Of a DNA stretch of 18,036 nt, positions 1-8,807 are shown in pieces (the stretch's first letter is position 1; each line of letters begins with the position of its first letter). Under the pieces are notes generated by a model. That model ran no database searches, had not been told where the DNA came from, and worked only from the letters and a program-made list of their open reading frames with translations. The stretch comes from Fastidiosibacter lacustris (GTDB taxonomy: Bacteria; Pseudomonadota; Gammaproteobacteria; Francisellales; Francisellaceae). A program made the translations under genes and the position numbers. The stretch lies in contig NZ_QLIR01000027.1 in the NCBI RefSeq assembly GCF_003428155.1, positions 1 through 18,036 on the forward strand. Reading direction: 5' to 3'.

Positions 1-1
1 C

Positions 2-424
2 AAGCATAAGTTAGCGCATTATGCAGGTTTAATTGCAGCGAATGTGCTAGGGGGAATACCGAAAGCGGGGTTAAGTGCCACCGTCAGAGGTGGCAAGGCA
101 ATGGCAAAGGTGGCATTGCCAAGGGTGGTGAAGGAAAGTGGGGCGGTTCCGAAGGGAAAAGGTTTAGCGAATCCATTTAAAGATAAATCTGCTAATGAAA
201 TTGATCAGATGTTCAGAGACAAGGGATTCAATCCTAGAGGGCTTGACCCTTTGAATGGAAAAGGCGGCTACGTGAACCCTAAAACAGATCGTTCTTACCA
301 TATTGATCCTGGTGGCAAATACAAAAAAGGTACCGAGTATCCACACGTAGATGTGAACCGTGCAAACGGTTCTAAGTTACCAAAGAAAAAATACCCTCTT
401 GGAGATGTGTTAAATGACAACTGA
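2..424 (+). CDS. C-terminal end of a probable large secreted polymorphic toxin (5' end outside window)
   Basis: The frame is open from base 2 with no stop, upstream of the listed GTG at 44 (KHKLAHYAGLIAANVLGGIPKAG...). It has a Gly/Lys-rich pre-toxin region, then a compact charged tail (GFNPRGLDPLNGKGGYVNPKTDRSYHIDPGG...PHVDVNR). The next gene overlaps it and looks like an immunity gene. Confidence 0.65.
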   Translation, partial: KHKLAHYAGLIAANVLGGIPKAGLSATVRGGKAMAKVALPRVVKESGAVPKGKGLANPFKDKSANEIDQMFRDKGFNPRGLDPLNGKGGYVNPKTDRSYHIDPGGKYKKGTEYPHVDVNRANGSKLPKKKYPLGDVLNDN

Positions 425-650
425 TAGCTTTCTTTTGAGTTTTGAAATATCCAAGGATGGTAATGAATTAGATATCCATTGTGATGATAATGGTCTAGAA
501 AAATTACTCTCACTTCTTTCCTTGCTCAAAGGCAAAGCGCAACATGAGCATTTAATGACGCCTAGTTGGGGGGGGGGGTATGAGCTTTCTGAAGAACCTC
601 AATCAGAAGGTAGTCAGCTGCTGCATAAAGTTACCATCCATAAATGGTAG
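414..650 (+). CDS. Imm32-like immunity protein
   Basis: 78 aa. The pattern ELDIHCDDNGLEKLLSLLSLLKG...HEHLMTPSWGGGYELSEEPQ resembles Imm32-family immunity proteins from memory. It overlaps the toxin stop codon by 11 nt. Confidence 0.65.
   Translation: MTTDSFLLSFEISKDGNELDIHCDDNGLEKLLSLLSLLKGKAQHEHLMTPSWGGGYELSEEPQSEGSQLLHKVTIHKW
568..578 (+). repeat. Poly-G homopolymer (11 G) inside the immunity gene
   Basis: Direct count in CCTAGTTGGGGGGGGGGGTATGAG. Confidence 0.95.
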
Positions 651-772
651 ATGCGCGTGACGGGATCAGATCTCAAATTTGCAAGCAAACTGATGTTGAT
701 TATTTGTTGTAATCATAATGCGATTCCTTTGCTTTTTTGGTTAAACATGACAAGTTAAAAATATTAACTCAT

Positions 773-1075
773 CTAAGCATGTTTAGAAAAAATCATCTCA
801 TATGACTTTTCAGCTGAGGTATTCTCTTTTAATAAATCGTTAATCTTAATTTCTAAATAATTCGTTATCGCTAATAATATTAATATGGTAGGATTACATT
901 TGCCATTGATAATCTTACTGACTGTTCCCGTTGATATACCCAGTTCTTTACTTAACTCAACACTATTAACGTTATTTTGATACATGTAGATTTTAAGGTT
1001 TGTGCGAATGAGGTTTAATATCTGGGGATAGGCATCTATTTCAGTAATGTTTAAATAATTGATTTCCTTATTCAT
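773..1075 (-). CDS. XRE/Cro-CI-type helix-turn-helix regulator
   Basis: 100 aa with a typical HTH_3 pattern: NNVNSVELSKELGISTGTVSKIINGKCNPTILILLAITNYLEIKINDLL. Confidence 0.75.
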   Translation of the reverse strand: MNKEINYLNITEIDAYPQILNLIRTNLKIYMYQNNVNSVELSKELGISTGTVSKIINGKCNPTILILLAITNYLEIKINDLLKENTSAEKSYEMIFSKHA

Positions 1076-1490
1076 GATGGCTTAATTTCCTTTATTCATC
1101 AATAAGTAGATCTTAGTTAAATAGGAGCATTTATACAACAAAAGTTGTTGAAATAAAATAACATGATTGATATTATTAATTTTGAGTCATTATTAAGAGC
1201 CCCCCGATTTCTTAATCGCAACCTTCATCCCCCCGACGAAATAAGGAATTACTTAACTAGCAAGGAAATGACTCAATTAATCACTTCTCTCTAAAAACTC
1301 TTCCAAATAGAAGAGAATCGCCATATTACCCGAGTTTAAATATAATGCAACTGATTTTTATTCATCAAATTGATGTTTTTTGTACTTTGAAACGGATTGA
1401 ATACATCAAATAAAACTACTTGTTACAAGTAATGTTGAGCTTCTGATCTTATTTTGCTCTATTATATACATAAAATTTATACTCAAAAAT

Positions 1491-1496
1491 GGGAGG
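1491..1496 (+). promoter_or_regulatory. Strong Shine-Dalgarno (GGGAGG) for the 20-aa ORF
   Basis: GGGAGG lies 7 nt upstream of the ATG at 1504. Confidence 0.6.
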
Positions 1497-1503
1497 GATA
1501 GAA

Positions 1504-1566
1504 ATGACTCTTAAATTAACAAAGCAACAGGAAGAATTTATTAAACAAAATAAATTTAATCATTAG
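1504..1566 (+). CDS. Putative 20-aa peptide MTLKLTKQQEEFIKQNKFNH, not in the supplied ORF track
   Basis: ATG...TAG directly behind a strong SD, ending 29 nt before the NRPS-like gene. Confidence 0.45.
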   Translation: MTLKLTKQQEEFIKQNKFNH

Positions 1567-1595
1567 CCTAAGCTTAAAATGGGGTTGTATTAATC

Positions 1596-4500
1596 ATGCA
1601 AATTAATGTTATCGTTATTGGGGATACTGGTGTTTGTCTTGAATGCTGTAAATTAATCTTTAAGTCACAAGCTTATAACCTTATTGCTGTTATCAGCGAT
1701 GATCAAGCTGTACTAAACTGGTGTTGTCAAAATAGAATCGAAACACTGACTTATCAAGCGTATCAAAATAGCCAATATCGAGATTATTTGTTATTCAGCA
1801 TTATCAATCAACGCATTATCCCTGCTCAAATAATCAAAAAACATCAGATAAGACTTGCAATTAACTACCATGATTCTCTATTACCTGCTTATGCAGGCAT
1901 CAACAGTACTACCTGGACCATCCTTAATAACGAGAAAAAACATGGGGTGACTTGGCACAAAATGATTGATGGGATTGATGAAGGGGATATTATTCAGCAG
2001 GCTTCAGTAGCGATTACGCCAAAGGACACTGCACATAGCCTTAACTTGAAATGCACAAAAAAAGCAATTGAATTATTTAAAGCTTTATTAACTAATTTAG
2101 AAAATAATACATTAAGCGTTCAATCTCAAGATCTAAGCAAGAAAAGTTATTATGGCTTAGATTATCTCCCACAAAACTATGGATTCATTAATGATTGCAC
2201 AAGCTTAGAGGATATCCATCGATATTGTCGAGCACTTTATTTTGGCGATGATTACCCAAATCAAATCACATCGGTAAAAATACAGCTTGAAAACACCGTT
2301 TATCTATTAGATATGCCCACGTTTGCAAATATACCACACCCTTTAAGTGATATAACAGGACTCTATATTGTTTCAGGTGAAAAAGCTCTGCACTTCCCAA
2401 CTATAAGAAATGCCTATGGTATTAAGATAAACTTAAACAAAATTGTGTCAATAAACGAACTAATATCACATAAAATCATAGTCAATGATAATGACTGGAA
2501 TAAGTTAAAAGCAATTAAAAAAAATGAAAAAAAACAGTTTAATCACGCTTTAAGGCTCAGTGAGAAGGCAAATTCTATCATTAGTAAAGCAATCACAAAT
2601 GATGAATCAGCTAAATTCAGTTACTCTATTGACGTTGATGAACTAAACACTCAAGAAGCTATTTCTGCTATTTCATTGGTTTTATTGCGATTATTTCAAC
2701 AAGACGAGTTTTTAATTCATTTTTATTCAGGTGACTCTAGACTTAATCATTTATCCCATTTAATTGACAGTAAATGTTTTATTGAATTTAACCAAAAGCA
2801 ACTTGAGCTTCAACTAGGAGATTTTGCAAACTACATTGACGAAAATTCAAACAAAAAACATTTACTAACCAAAGACTTTTATTATCGATACCACTGCATA
2901 AATCTGCTTACTGATGTTGGGATTTATTATAATGGTAGTTTTACTGATAGCATTACGCCACACAGATTAAACTTTATTCTTTATGATGAAAAAATAGAGA
3001 TCATTAGCCATGACACTGACAAGCTTGAAATCAATGCGATTGTATCTTCATTACAAGTTGTCATTAGCGAATATCACTATCACTTAAAACAAAATACTCC
3101 GCTCAATGACATTAGCTTACTATCGAAAGAAGAGTATCAAAAAATCATTATTGACTGGAACAAAACCGATAAACCCTATCCGAAAGATAAAACCATTTAT
3201 CAGTTATTTCAAGAACAAGTCGAAAAGACACCTGATCATATTGCCGTGGTATTTGCAGGTCAACAACTAACGTATGCTGAGCTCAATGCTAAAGCGAACC
3301 AACTGGCAAGATATTTACGATTACTAACTGATATTCAACCCGATACTTTGATTGCTTTATGCTTAGATAAAAGCTTAGAAATAATTATTGGAGTTTTGGG
3401 TATTTTAAAATCAGGGGCGGCTTATGTACCGATTGACCCTAGCTATCCTGATGAAAGGATTAGATACATACTTGACGATACTCAAGTATCTTTATTGTTA
3501 TCCCAATCACATTATGTCTCAAGACTAAAATCTATTTCAAAGGCAAACATTATTTCATTAGATAATTATTGCTATCAAGGCTTACCAATCGATAATTTAA
3601 AACCTATAAACACATCAAATGATTTGGCTTATATTATTTATACATCTGGAACGACTGGAATGCCTAAAGGTGTTTGCATAATGCACAAAAGTTTGTGTAA
3701 TATGGCATTTTCACAACAGGAAAATTTAAATATCAATGAAAGCTCAAGAATTCTGCAATTTGCATCGATTGGTTTCGATGCCTCGGTATGGGAAATTTTT
3801 GGTGCTTTAAGTTTTGGTTCTCAACTTCATGTTATGCAGGATAAAATTAAATTACACAAAGACACTCTAGAAAAATATATTGCTTTAAATGAAATTGATA
3901 TCATAGCATCAACACCTTATAATTTAGTAACTATGACACCTTCTAATGTCAAATCATTACGGTGTTTAATTTCTGAAGGGGAGGCTTGTACTACTCATAT
4001 TTTAAATAAGTGGGGAAACATATTAATTAACTCATATGGAACAACAGAAAACACTATTTGCATGACGCTGTATAGTTTTAAAAAAGGAGATTTACCAAAT
4101 AATATTGGTAAACCTTTAGGAAATATAAAAGTTTATGTCACCGATCCTTATGCAAATAATATGCCCATAGGAATTATTGGTGAGTTATGTATAAGTGGTA
4201 TAATATTAGCTCAGAAATATTTGAATCAACCTAGAATTACTGCTGAAAAGTTTATTGCTAATCCTTTTGCGAGTGAAGAAGACAAACAAAAAGGCTATGA
4301 TCGGTTATATAAAACAGGCGATTTAGTCAGATGGCTGCCTGATGGTAATTTAGAGTACATTGGACGCAAAGATACTCAGGTTAAAATCCGCGGATTTAGA
4401 ATTGAACTGGGTGAAATTGAAAATGCTGTAACAACTATTGAAGGCATTGACCAAGCAGTTGTCATTAATAGATCCGTTAACGACGAGCAATATCTCTTTG

Positions 4501-6395
4501 CTTATTACACTGCACATCATCCCATTACCCCTGAATTAATAGTAGAACAACTTGCTAACAAGTTGCCACATTACATGGTGCCCAGTGCTGCCTTGCAAAT
4601 CAATGAAATACCGTTAACTATTAATGGCAAGGTTAATATAAAGGTCTTACCTGATATTCCTTTCCAAAGTGCTCAAATTTATATTGAGCCAAGGACTGAA
4701 CAGGAAAGACTTGTTTGTCAGGCTTTCTCTACGGTATTACTGATTGAAAAAATAGGCATTGATGATGATTTCTTTAGACTAGGTGGTAATTCTATTAAGG
4801 CAATTCAACTATCAATGGTCTTACAATCAAATCTTGAGATTGATGTCGCTGAAATATTTGATTTACGCACACCCAGAAAGCTTGCCTATAATAAACGTAT
4901 TACACATGATTTATTGATTGCTAAATTAGCACAAATTAAACAGTATTATACTCAGCATCATAACAAACCACTAAATTCCGCTGCATTGCTTAAAAAAGAG
5001 CAATATTTGGCAGAAGTTGCCCATATGCCGATAATACATTACACAAACAAACCAATTAAAACGGTATTATTGACTGGCGTCACTGGTTTTCTAGGGTGCA
5101 ATCTGTTACACCAGTTACTGACTTTAACATCCTATCAAATTTACCTTTGTATTAGAGCTAAAGATGAAGTGCATGCAAGCGAACGTATGGCACATAAATA
5201 TCAATTTTATTTTGACGTGTCTCTGGAAGATCATTTTAGTGATCGTATTATTTACATTGCTTGTGATTTAGAAAAAGAGCAGATTGGATTAGCAGATAGT
5301 GAATATCATCAACTGATTAAAAATATAGATAGCATTATTCATTGTGCTGCTTTAGCAAAACACTACGGGATTGAACAGGTATTTTATAATGCTAATGTAC
5401 AAGCAACAATTCATTTGCTTGAACTTTGTCAACTGACCAACTTGAAAGATTTTCATTATATATCGACTTACTCTGTGATGACAGGGATTGTCAATGAGAA
5501 TGAAACTATTCTAACTGAGGATGATCAGTTAACGATTGATGGTGAATGGAACTCTCCATATACTAAAACTAAATACCTCGGTGAAATCAATGCAATTAAA
5601 TGGCGTGAAAAAGGCATTAACAGCAGTGTGTATCGTGTTGGGAACTTAGCCTTTATGCAGCACAATGGCAAGGTACAGGAAGATGTTAAAGATAATGCCT
5701 TTGCAACCTATATTGCTTTTATTCGTAAGTTAGGTTGTATTGCTGATAATATGAATGAAGTAGAGATTTCACCTGCTGACATGACAGCAAAAGCGATTGT
5801 TAAACTATTTGATAAACATCAGTTAAACAATCGGACACATCATGTATTTAATCCCCATAAAATCGATTTATCTAAAATGCTGAGTACGAAAAACCATACC
5901 ACCCAAGTGATAACTTTTGAATTGTTTATTGATAGGTTAATCAATTATTTACAATACAACGATGATTGTTCTTTAATTGGAAGGTTTTTATTACGCATGG
6001 GATGGCAAGCTGATACAAAAAAGAGTCATTTCAACATAAGTAGCGGTACCACTATTTTACAAAGCAAGACGGAATCGATGTTTAAAATGATGAATTTTGA
6101 ATGGCCTATGATTAATGACAAACAGTTAACAGCTTACGTTGATAGGTTAGCCAGTACTTTTGATGGGATTGTAGAAACACCTATAACTGCTCCTAAATAT
6201 TTCAGGCTAAAACAGTGGTGGATAAGGTTTGATAAGTTGACAAATAGCGCAAAAATAAAAATGATGAGGCTTTTCAAAGCACATAAAAAAGCCATTTCCA
6301 TTGTTGGTGCGTTATTGTTTATGGCGCCATTATTTTATGTCTTAGAACTTTTAGATATGATTACTATGCTGGAATTTTTGAATGCTCCTGTTTAA
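1596..6395 (+). CDS. NRPS-like protein: N-terminal formyltransferase, vestigial condensation-like linker, adenylation, PCP, thioester reductase, C-terminal hydrophobic segment
   Basis: 1599 aa uninterrupted. Motifs: formyltransferase-like NYHDSLLPAYAGINSTTWTI and HKMIDGIDEGDII; adenylation YTSGTTGMPKGV, FDASVWEIF, NGKVNIKVLP; PCP FFRLGGNSIKAIQL; reductase VLLTGVTGFLGCNLL and YISTYS...YTKTK; C-terminal KAISIVGALLFMAPLFYVLELLDMI. Confidence 0.88.
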   Translation: MQINVIVIGDTGVCLECCKLIFKSQAYNLIAVISDDQAVLNWCCQNRIETLTYQAYQNSQYRDYLLFSIINQRIIPAQIIKKHQIRLAINYHDSLLPAYAGINSTTWTILNNEKKHGVTWHKMIDGIDEGDIIQQASVAITPKDTAHSLNLKCTKKAIELFKALLTNLENNTLSVQSQDLSKKSYYGLDYLPQNYGFINDCTSLEDIHRYCRALYFGDDYPNQITSVKIQLENTVYLLDMPTFANIPHPLSDITGLYIVSGEKALHFPTIRNAYGIKINLNKIVSINELISHKIIVNDNDWNKLKAIKKNEKKQFNHALRLSEKANSIISKAITNDESAKFSYSIDVDELNTQEAISAISLVLLRLFQQDEFLIHFYSGDSRLNHLSHLIDSKCFIEFNQKQLELQLGDFANYIDENSNKKHLLTKDFYYRYHCINLLTDVGIYYNGSFTDSITPHRLNFILYDEKIEIISHDTDKLEINAIVSSLQVVISEYHYHLKQNTPLNDISLLSKEEYQKIIIDWNKTDKPYPKDKTIYQLFQEQVEKTPDHIAVVFAGQQLTYAELNAKANQLARYLRLLTDIQPDTLIALCLDKSLEIIIGVLGILKSGAAYVPIDPSYPDERIRYILDDTQVSLLLSQSHYVSRLKSISKANIISLDNYCYQGLPIDNLKPINTSNDLAYIIYTSGTTGMPKGVCIMHKSLCNMAFSQQENLNINESSRILQFASIGFDASVWEIFGALSFGSQLHVMQDKIKLHKDTLEKYIALNEIDIIASTPYNLVTMTPSNVKSLRCLISEGEACTTHILNKWGNILINSYGTTENTICMTLYSFKKGDLPNNIGKPLGNIKVYVTDPYANNMPIGIIGELCISGIILAQKYLNQPRITAEKFIANPFASEEDKQKGYDRLYKTGDLVRWLPDGNLEYIGRKDTQVKIRGFRIELGEIENAVTTIEGIDQAVVINRSVNDEQYLFAYYTAHHPITPELIVEQLANKLPHYMVPSAALQINEIPLTINGKVNIKVLPDIPFQSAQIYIEPRTEQERLVCQAFSTVLLIEKIGIDDDFFRLGGNSIKAIQLSMVLQSNLEIDVAEIFDLRTPRKLAYNKRITHDLLIAKLAQIKQYYTQHHNKPLNSAALLKKEQYLAEVAHMPIIHYTNKPIKTVLLTGVTGFLGCNLLHQLLTLTSYQIYLCIRAKDEVHASERMAHKYQFYFDVSLEDHFSDRIIYIACDLEKEQIGLADSEYHQLIKNIDSIIHCAALAKHYGIEQVFYNANVQATIHLLELCQLTNLKDFHYISTYSVMTGIVNENETILTEDDQLTIDGEWNSPYTKTKYLGEINAIKWREKGINSSVYRVGNLAFMQHNGKVQEDVKDNAFATYIAFIRKLGCIADNMNEVEISPADMTAKAIVKLFDKHQLNNRTHHVFNPHKIDLSKMLSTKNHTTQVITFELFIDRLINYLQYNDDCSLIGRFLLRMGWQADTKKSHFNISSGTTILQSKTESMFKMMNFEWPMINDKQLTAYVDRLASTFDGIVETPITAPKYFRLKQWWIRFDKLTNSAKIKMMRLFKAHKKAISIVGALLFMAPLFYVLELLDMITMLEFLNAPV

Positions 6396-6423
6396 ACATT
6401 TAAATTAGAATTAAGGATTGGAG

Positions 6424-7647
6424 ATGCGCCTAACAAGCAAAAAAGATTTAACTTCATCGTTTGATGAATTTTCAGAAATTGTTCCTGGTGGTTTTTATTG
6501 GTTTGATTTAAATCATAAATTAATGGCAATAAATTCATTTGCTCTAAAAACTGGTAATGCAAAACTTAGCGATGTTATAGGTAAAACTCCGATAGAAATG
6601 CACCCAAAAGAAATGGCAGATGAAATCATCTCAAACCATAAGCAAGTAATTAAGACAGGCAAACAATTACACTGTCAAGAAAGAATACAGGATTTTAAAA
6701 CTGGAAACACTGTTTTTTTTGATGTTGTACTTTCACCATTATTCGATGAAAATAACGAAATATTTGGTGTTTGTGGTATTTCAACTGACATCACCGAACG
6801 CAAGCGCCTTGAAGAAGAAACCATCCGCCAGAAAAACCAACTTGAGAAAAAATTAGAATATCAAAAGAACTATCTTAAAGCTTATGGGTATGATTACGTG
6901 GACGCACTTAAAAAAATTTCTGATGCCCTTGAAAATATTGAAAAACGACTAATGAAGTTGGATATACCAACTGGGGTACGCAGTCAACTTAATGATGAGT
7001 TTTATACAATAAACGAAAGTTTGTCCGATATATATTCTCTGTATCAAAAAATCAACACATCAATATTAGATCAAGAACACAATAATGATGAAGTAGAAAA
7101 AAATGAGATGCCTCTTAACTTGGAAGATTTAGTTGAAACAGAAGTCAATTTAGCCAATTCATCTATTAGTGCTGAATTTGATCTGAATGTCTCCTTTGAA
7201 ATCGACGAAAAATCAAGACAAAAGCTTTATATCGATTATAAAAAAGTTCGTCACATTATCCGTACTTTATTTGCGAACTACACTAAAGCAATCAATAAGG
7301 AAGGTAGGAAAAAAGACATTCAGTTAACTATTACTGCTGAAGAGGGTATACGAGATAAATTGTATGTTACTTTTGAATTTGATGGCAATATGCCATTTCT
7401 AGAATTAGAAAATGATAATATCAGAGCAGAGCATCTTGTATATCAATCTCAAACCCATATTGCTAGCGATAAACATAACTTTGCTTATGATCTTTCCTTA
7501 GCGAAGTATTATGCTGACTTGCTCTGTGATGGTGAAGAATTGAATGATTCCTTATTTGAAGGTTCAAGGTTCTCATTCACTTTGCCATTTCGCAAAGCGA
7601 CTAACGATGGCAAAGAAAAAAAGTTTAAGCCAACGCTTGTGGAATGA
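6424..7647 (+). CDS. PAS-domain protein with a degenerate histidine-kinase-like ATPase module
   Basis: PAS/PAC region (GGFYWFDLNHKLMAINSFALKTG...VFGVCGISTDITERKRLEEE-like), coiled coil, and an HATPase-like region (HIIRTLFANYTKAINKEG ... FEGSRFSFTLPF). An ATG at 6424 with AAGGA at 6413-6417 is a better start than the listed TTG at 6418. Confidence 0.78.
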   Translation: MRLTSKKDLTSSFDEFSEIVPGGFYWFDLNHKLMAINSFALKTGNAKLSDVIGKTPIEMHPKEMADEIISNHKQVIKTGKQLHCQERIQDFKTGNTVFFDVVLSPLFDENNEIFGVCGISTDITERKRLEEETIRQKNQLEKKLEYQKNYLKAYGYDYVDALKKISDALENIEKRLMKLDIPTGVRSQLNDEFYTINESLSDIYSLYQKINTSILDQEHNNDEVEKNEMPLNLEDLVETEVNLANSSISAEFDLNVSFEIDEKSRQKLYIDYKKVRHIIRTLFANYTKAINKEGRKKDIQLTITAEEGIRDKLYVTFEFDGNMPFLELENDNIRAEHLVYQSQTHIASDKHNFAYDLSLAKYYADLLCDGEELNDSLFEGSRFSFTLPFRKATNDGKEKKFKPTLVE

Positions 7648-7805
7648 TAGTTTGTTAAGTCTCCGTTTAGAGTATACCTTAACTTGATGTCAGGCAATAT
7701 CAATATACCTGTCAGATTTAAGTTGGTATTTATTTTAGTTGACAGTTTAAATGCAACCTCTTAGGCTCTAAACTGGCAATGTTTAACAAAAAATATATAA
7801 TTCAT

Positions 7806-7824
7806 CAGCGAAACTCAGTGAGTT
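7806..7824 (+). repeat. 19-bp direct repeat CAGCGAAACTCAGTGAGTT, copy 1
   Basis: Exact match to 9888-9906 at the 5' edge of the IS6-like transposase region. Confidence 0.7.
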
Positions 7825-8074
7825 GAATTTTATGAGCAAATAATCAATTGCTATCAATTTGAGCCTAATAGAACTGTAAAAATATTCAAAACTGAGCTTG
7901 CTAATAGTGATTTAAACTGTTTATTTGTTTGTTTTTAGATCAGATATTTTGTACGGATGTGTAAAGTCATCCCAAACCATATGAGATGTTTAGCTGCTTA
8001 AAGATTAAATGATTTGTGGAGGAGAGTATTCATTTTGCCTTAAATGAAAGCACAGCATATGCTCCCAACTATCA

Positions 8075-8116
8075 ATTGACATCCTCCCCTCCCTAAAGGA
8101 AGGGGAGGATGTCAAT
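8075..8116. repeat. Perfect hairpin: 16-bp arms ATTGACATCCTCCCCT / AGGGGAGGATGTCAAT with a 10-nt loop CCCTAAAGGA
   Basis: Exact reverse-complement arms at 8075-8090 and 8101-8116. The style resembles IS200/IS605-type subterminal hairpins or REP-like palindromes. No T-tract follows. Confidence 0.8.
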
Positions 8117-8748
8117 AGGTCTCATTATCGGTCGTCAACTTGTAAATCGGCGTTGATATTATTCATGGCAGTACTCATAAAACATTTCCAGGACATCAAA
8201 AGGCAATTATCGCCTTTCATTCTGATTTTCATCAAGATGATGAGGATAAAATTAGGCATAGCGTTTCGCCAGGATTGCAATCAAAATCAGGTACAGCGGA
8301 AATGATGGCATTAGCTTATGTCTTTTGTGAAATGAAAGTACATGCTGTGGCTTATGCTAAAAGTGTGTGTGAGCATGCACAAATTATGGCAAAACATTTG
8401 ATTGAACAGAGGGTTGATGTTTCAGGTCATCGATTTAACTATACCCAAACACATCAGGTACGGTTACCAATGAAATCAGAACGCTATACATGGGATGTCT
8501 TTGCTCAATTACATCAGGTAGGCATTCGTGTCTTACCAGCGTGGTTGCCTTTTGAAAGTAGCTGGGGCGTTCGATTGGGAACAAATGCACTGACAAGACG
8601 AGGATTTGTAGCAGAAGACTTTTTAACAACTGTTGATTGGATTACCTGCGTTATTAAAAATAAAACAAATATTAAAAACATAAGAAAGGAAGTGGATGCG
8701 CTTGCAAATAAGTATCCTCTGACACAATTGAAATATACGCTGATATAA
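8117..8748 (+). pseudogene. 5'-truncated, frameshifted serine hydroxymethyltransferase-like PLP enzyme
   Basis: The PLP-lysine motif region DIIHGSTHKTFPGHQKAIIA is coded upstream of the listed ORF start. GLIIGRQLVN appears in another frame just before it. C-terminal SHMT-like features continue to 8748. Confidence 0.72.
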
Positions 8749-8807
8749 CTATGTCGAAGTATCGAATAAGTTTTTTTAAACTGTTTTTACCATTAGGGTG
8801 ATAAGAG

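Noticed and set aside
7509-7703. Reverse-strand ORFs overlapping large genes (e.g. 7509-7703, 12592-12819, 13011-13271, 14951-15235, 17114-17371)
   Set aside because: They lie antisense to well-supported coding sequences and have no recognisable domain or ribosome-binding evidence.
7650-7735. Imperfect inverted repeat AACTTGATGTCAGG ... CCTGTCAGATTTAAGTT as a terminator after the PAS gene
   Set aside because: Arms match only partially and there is no clear T-tract.
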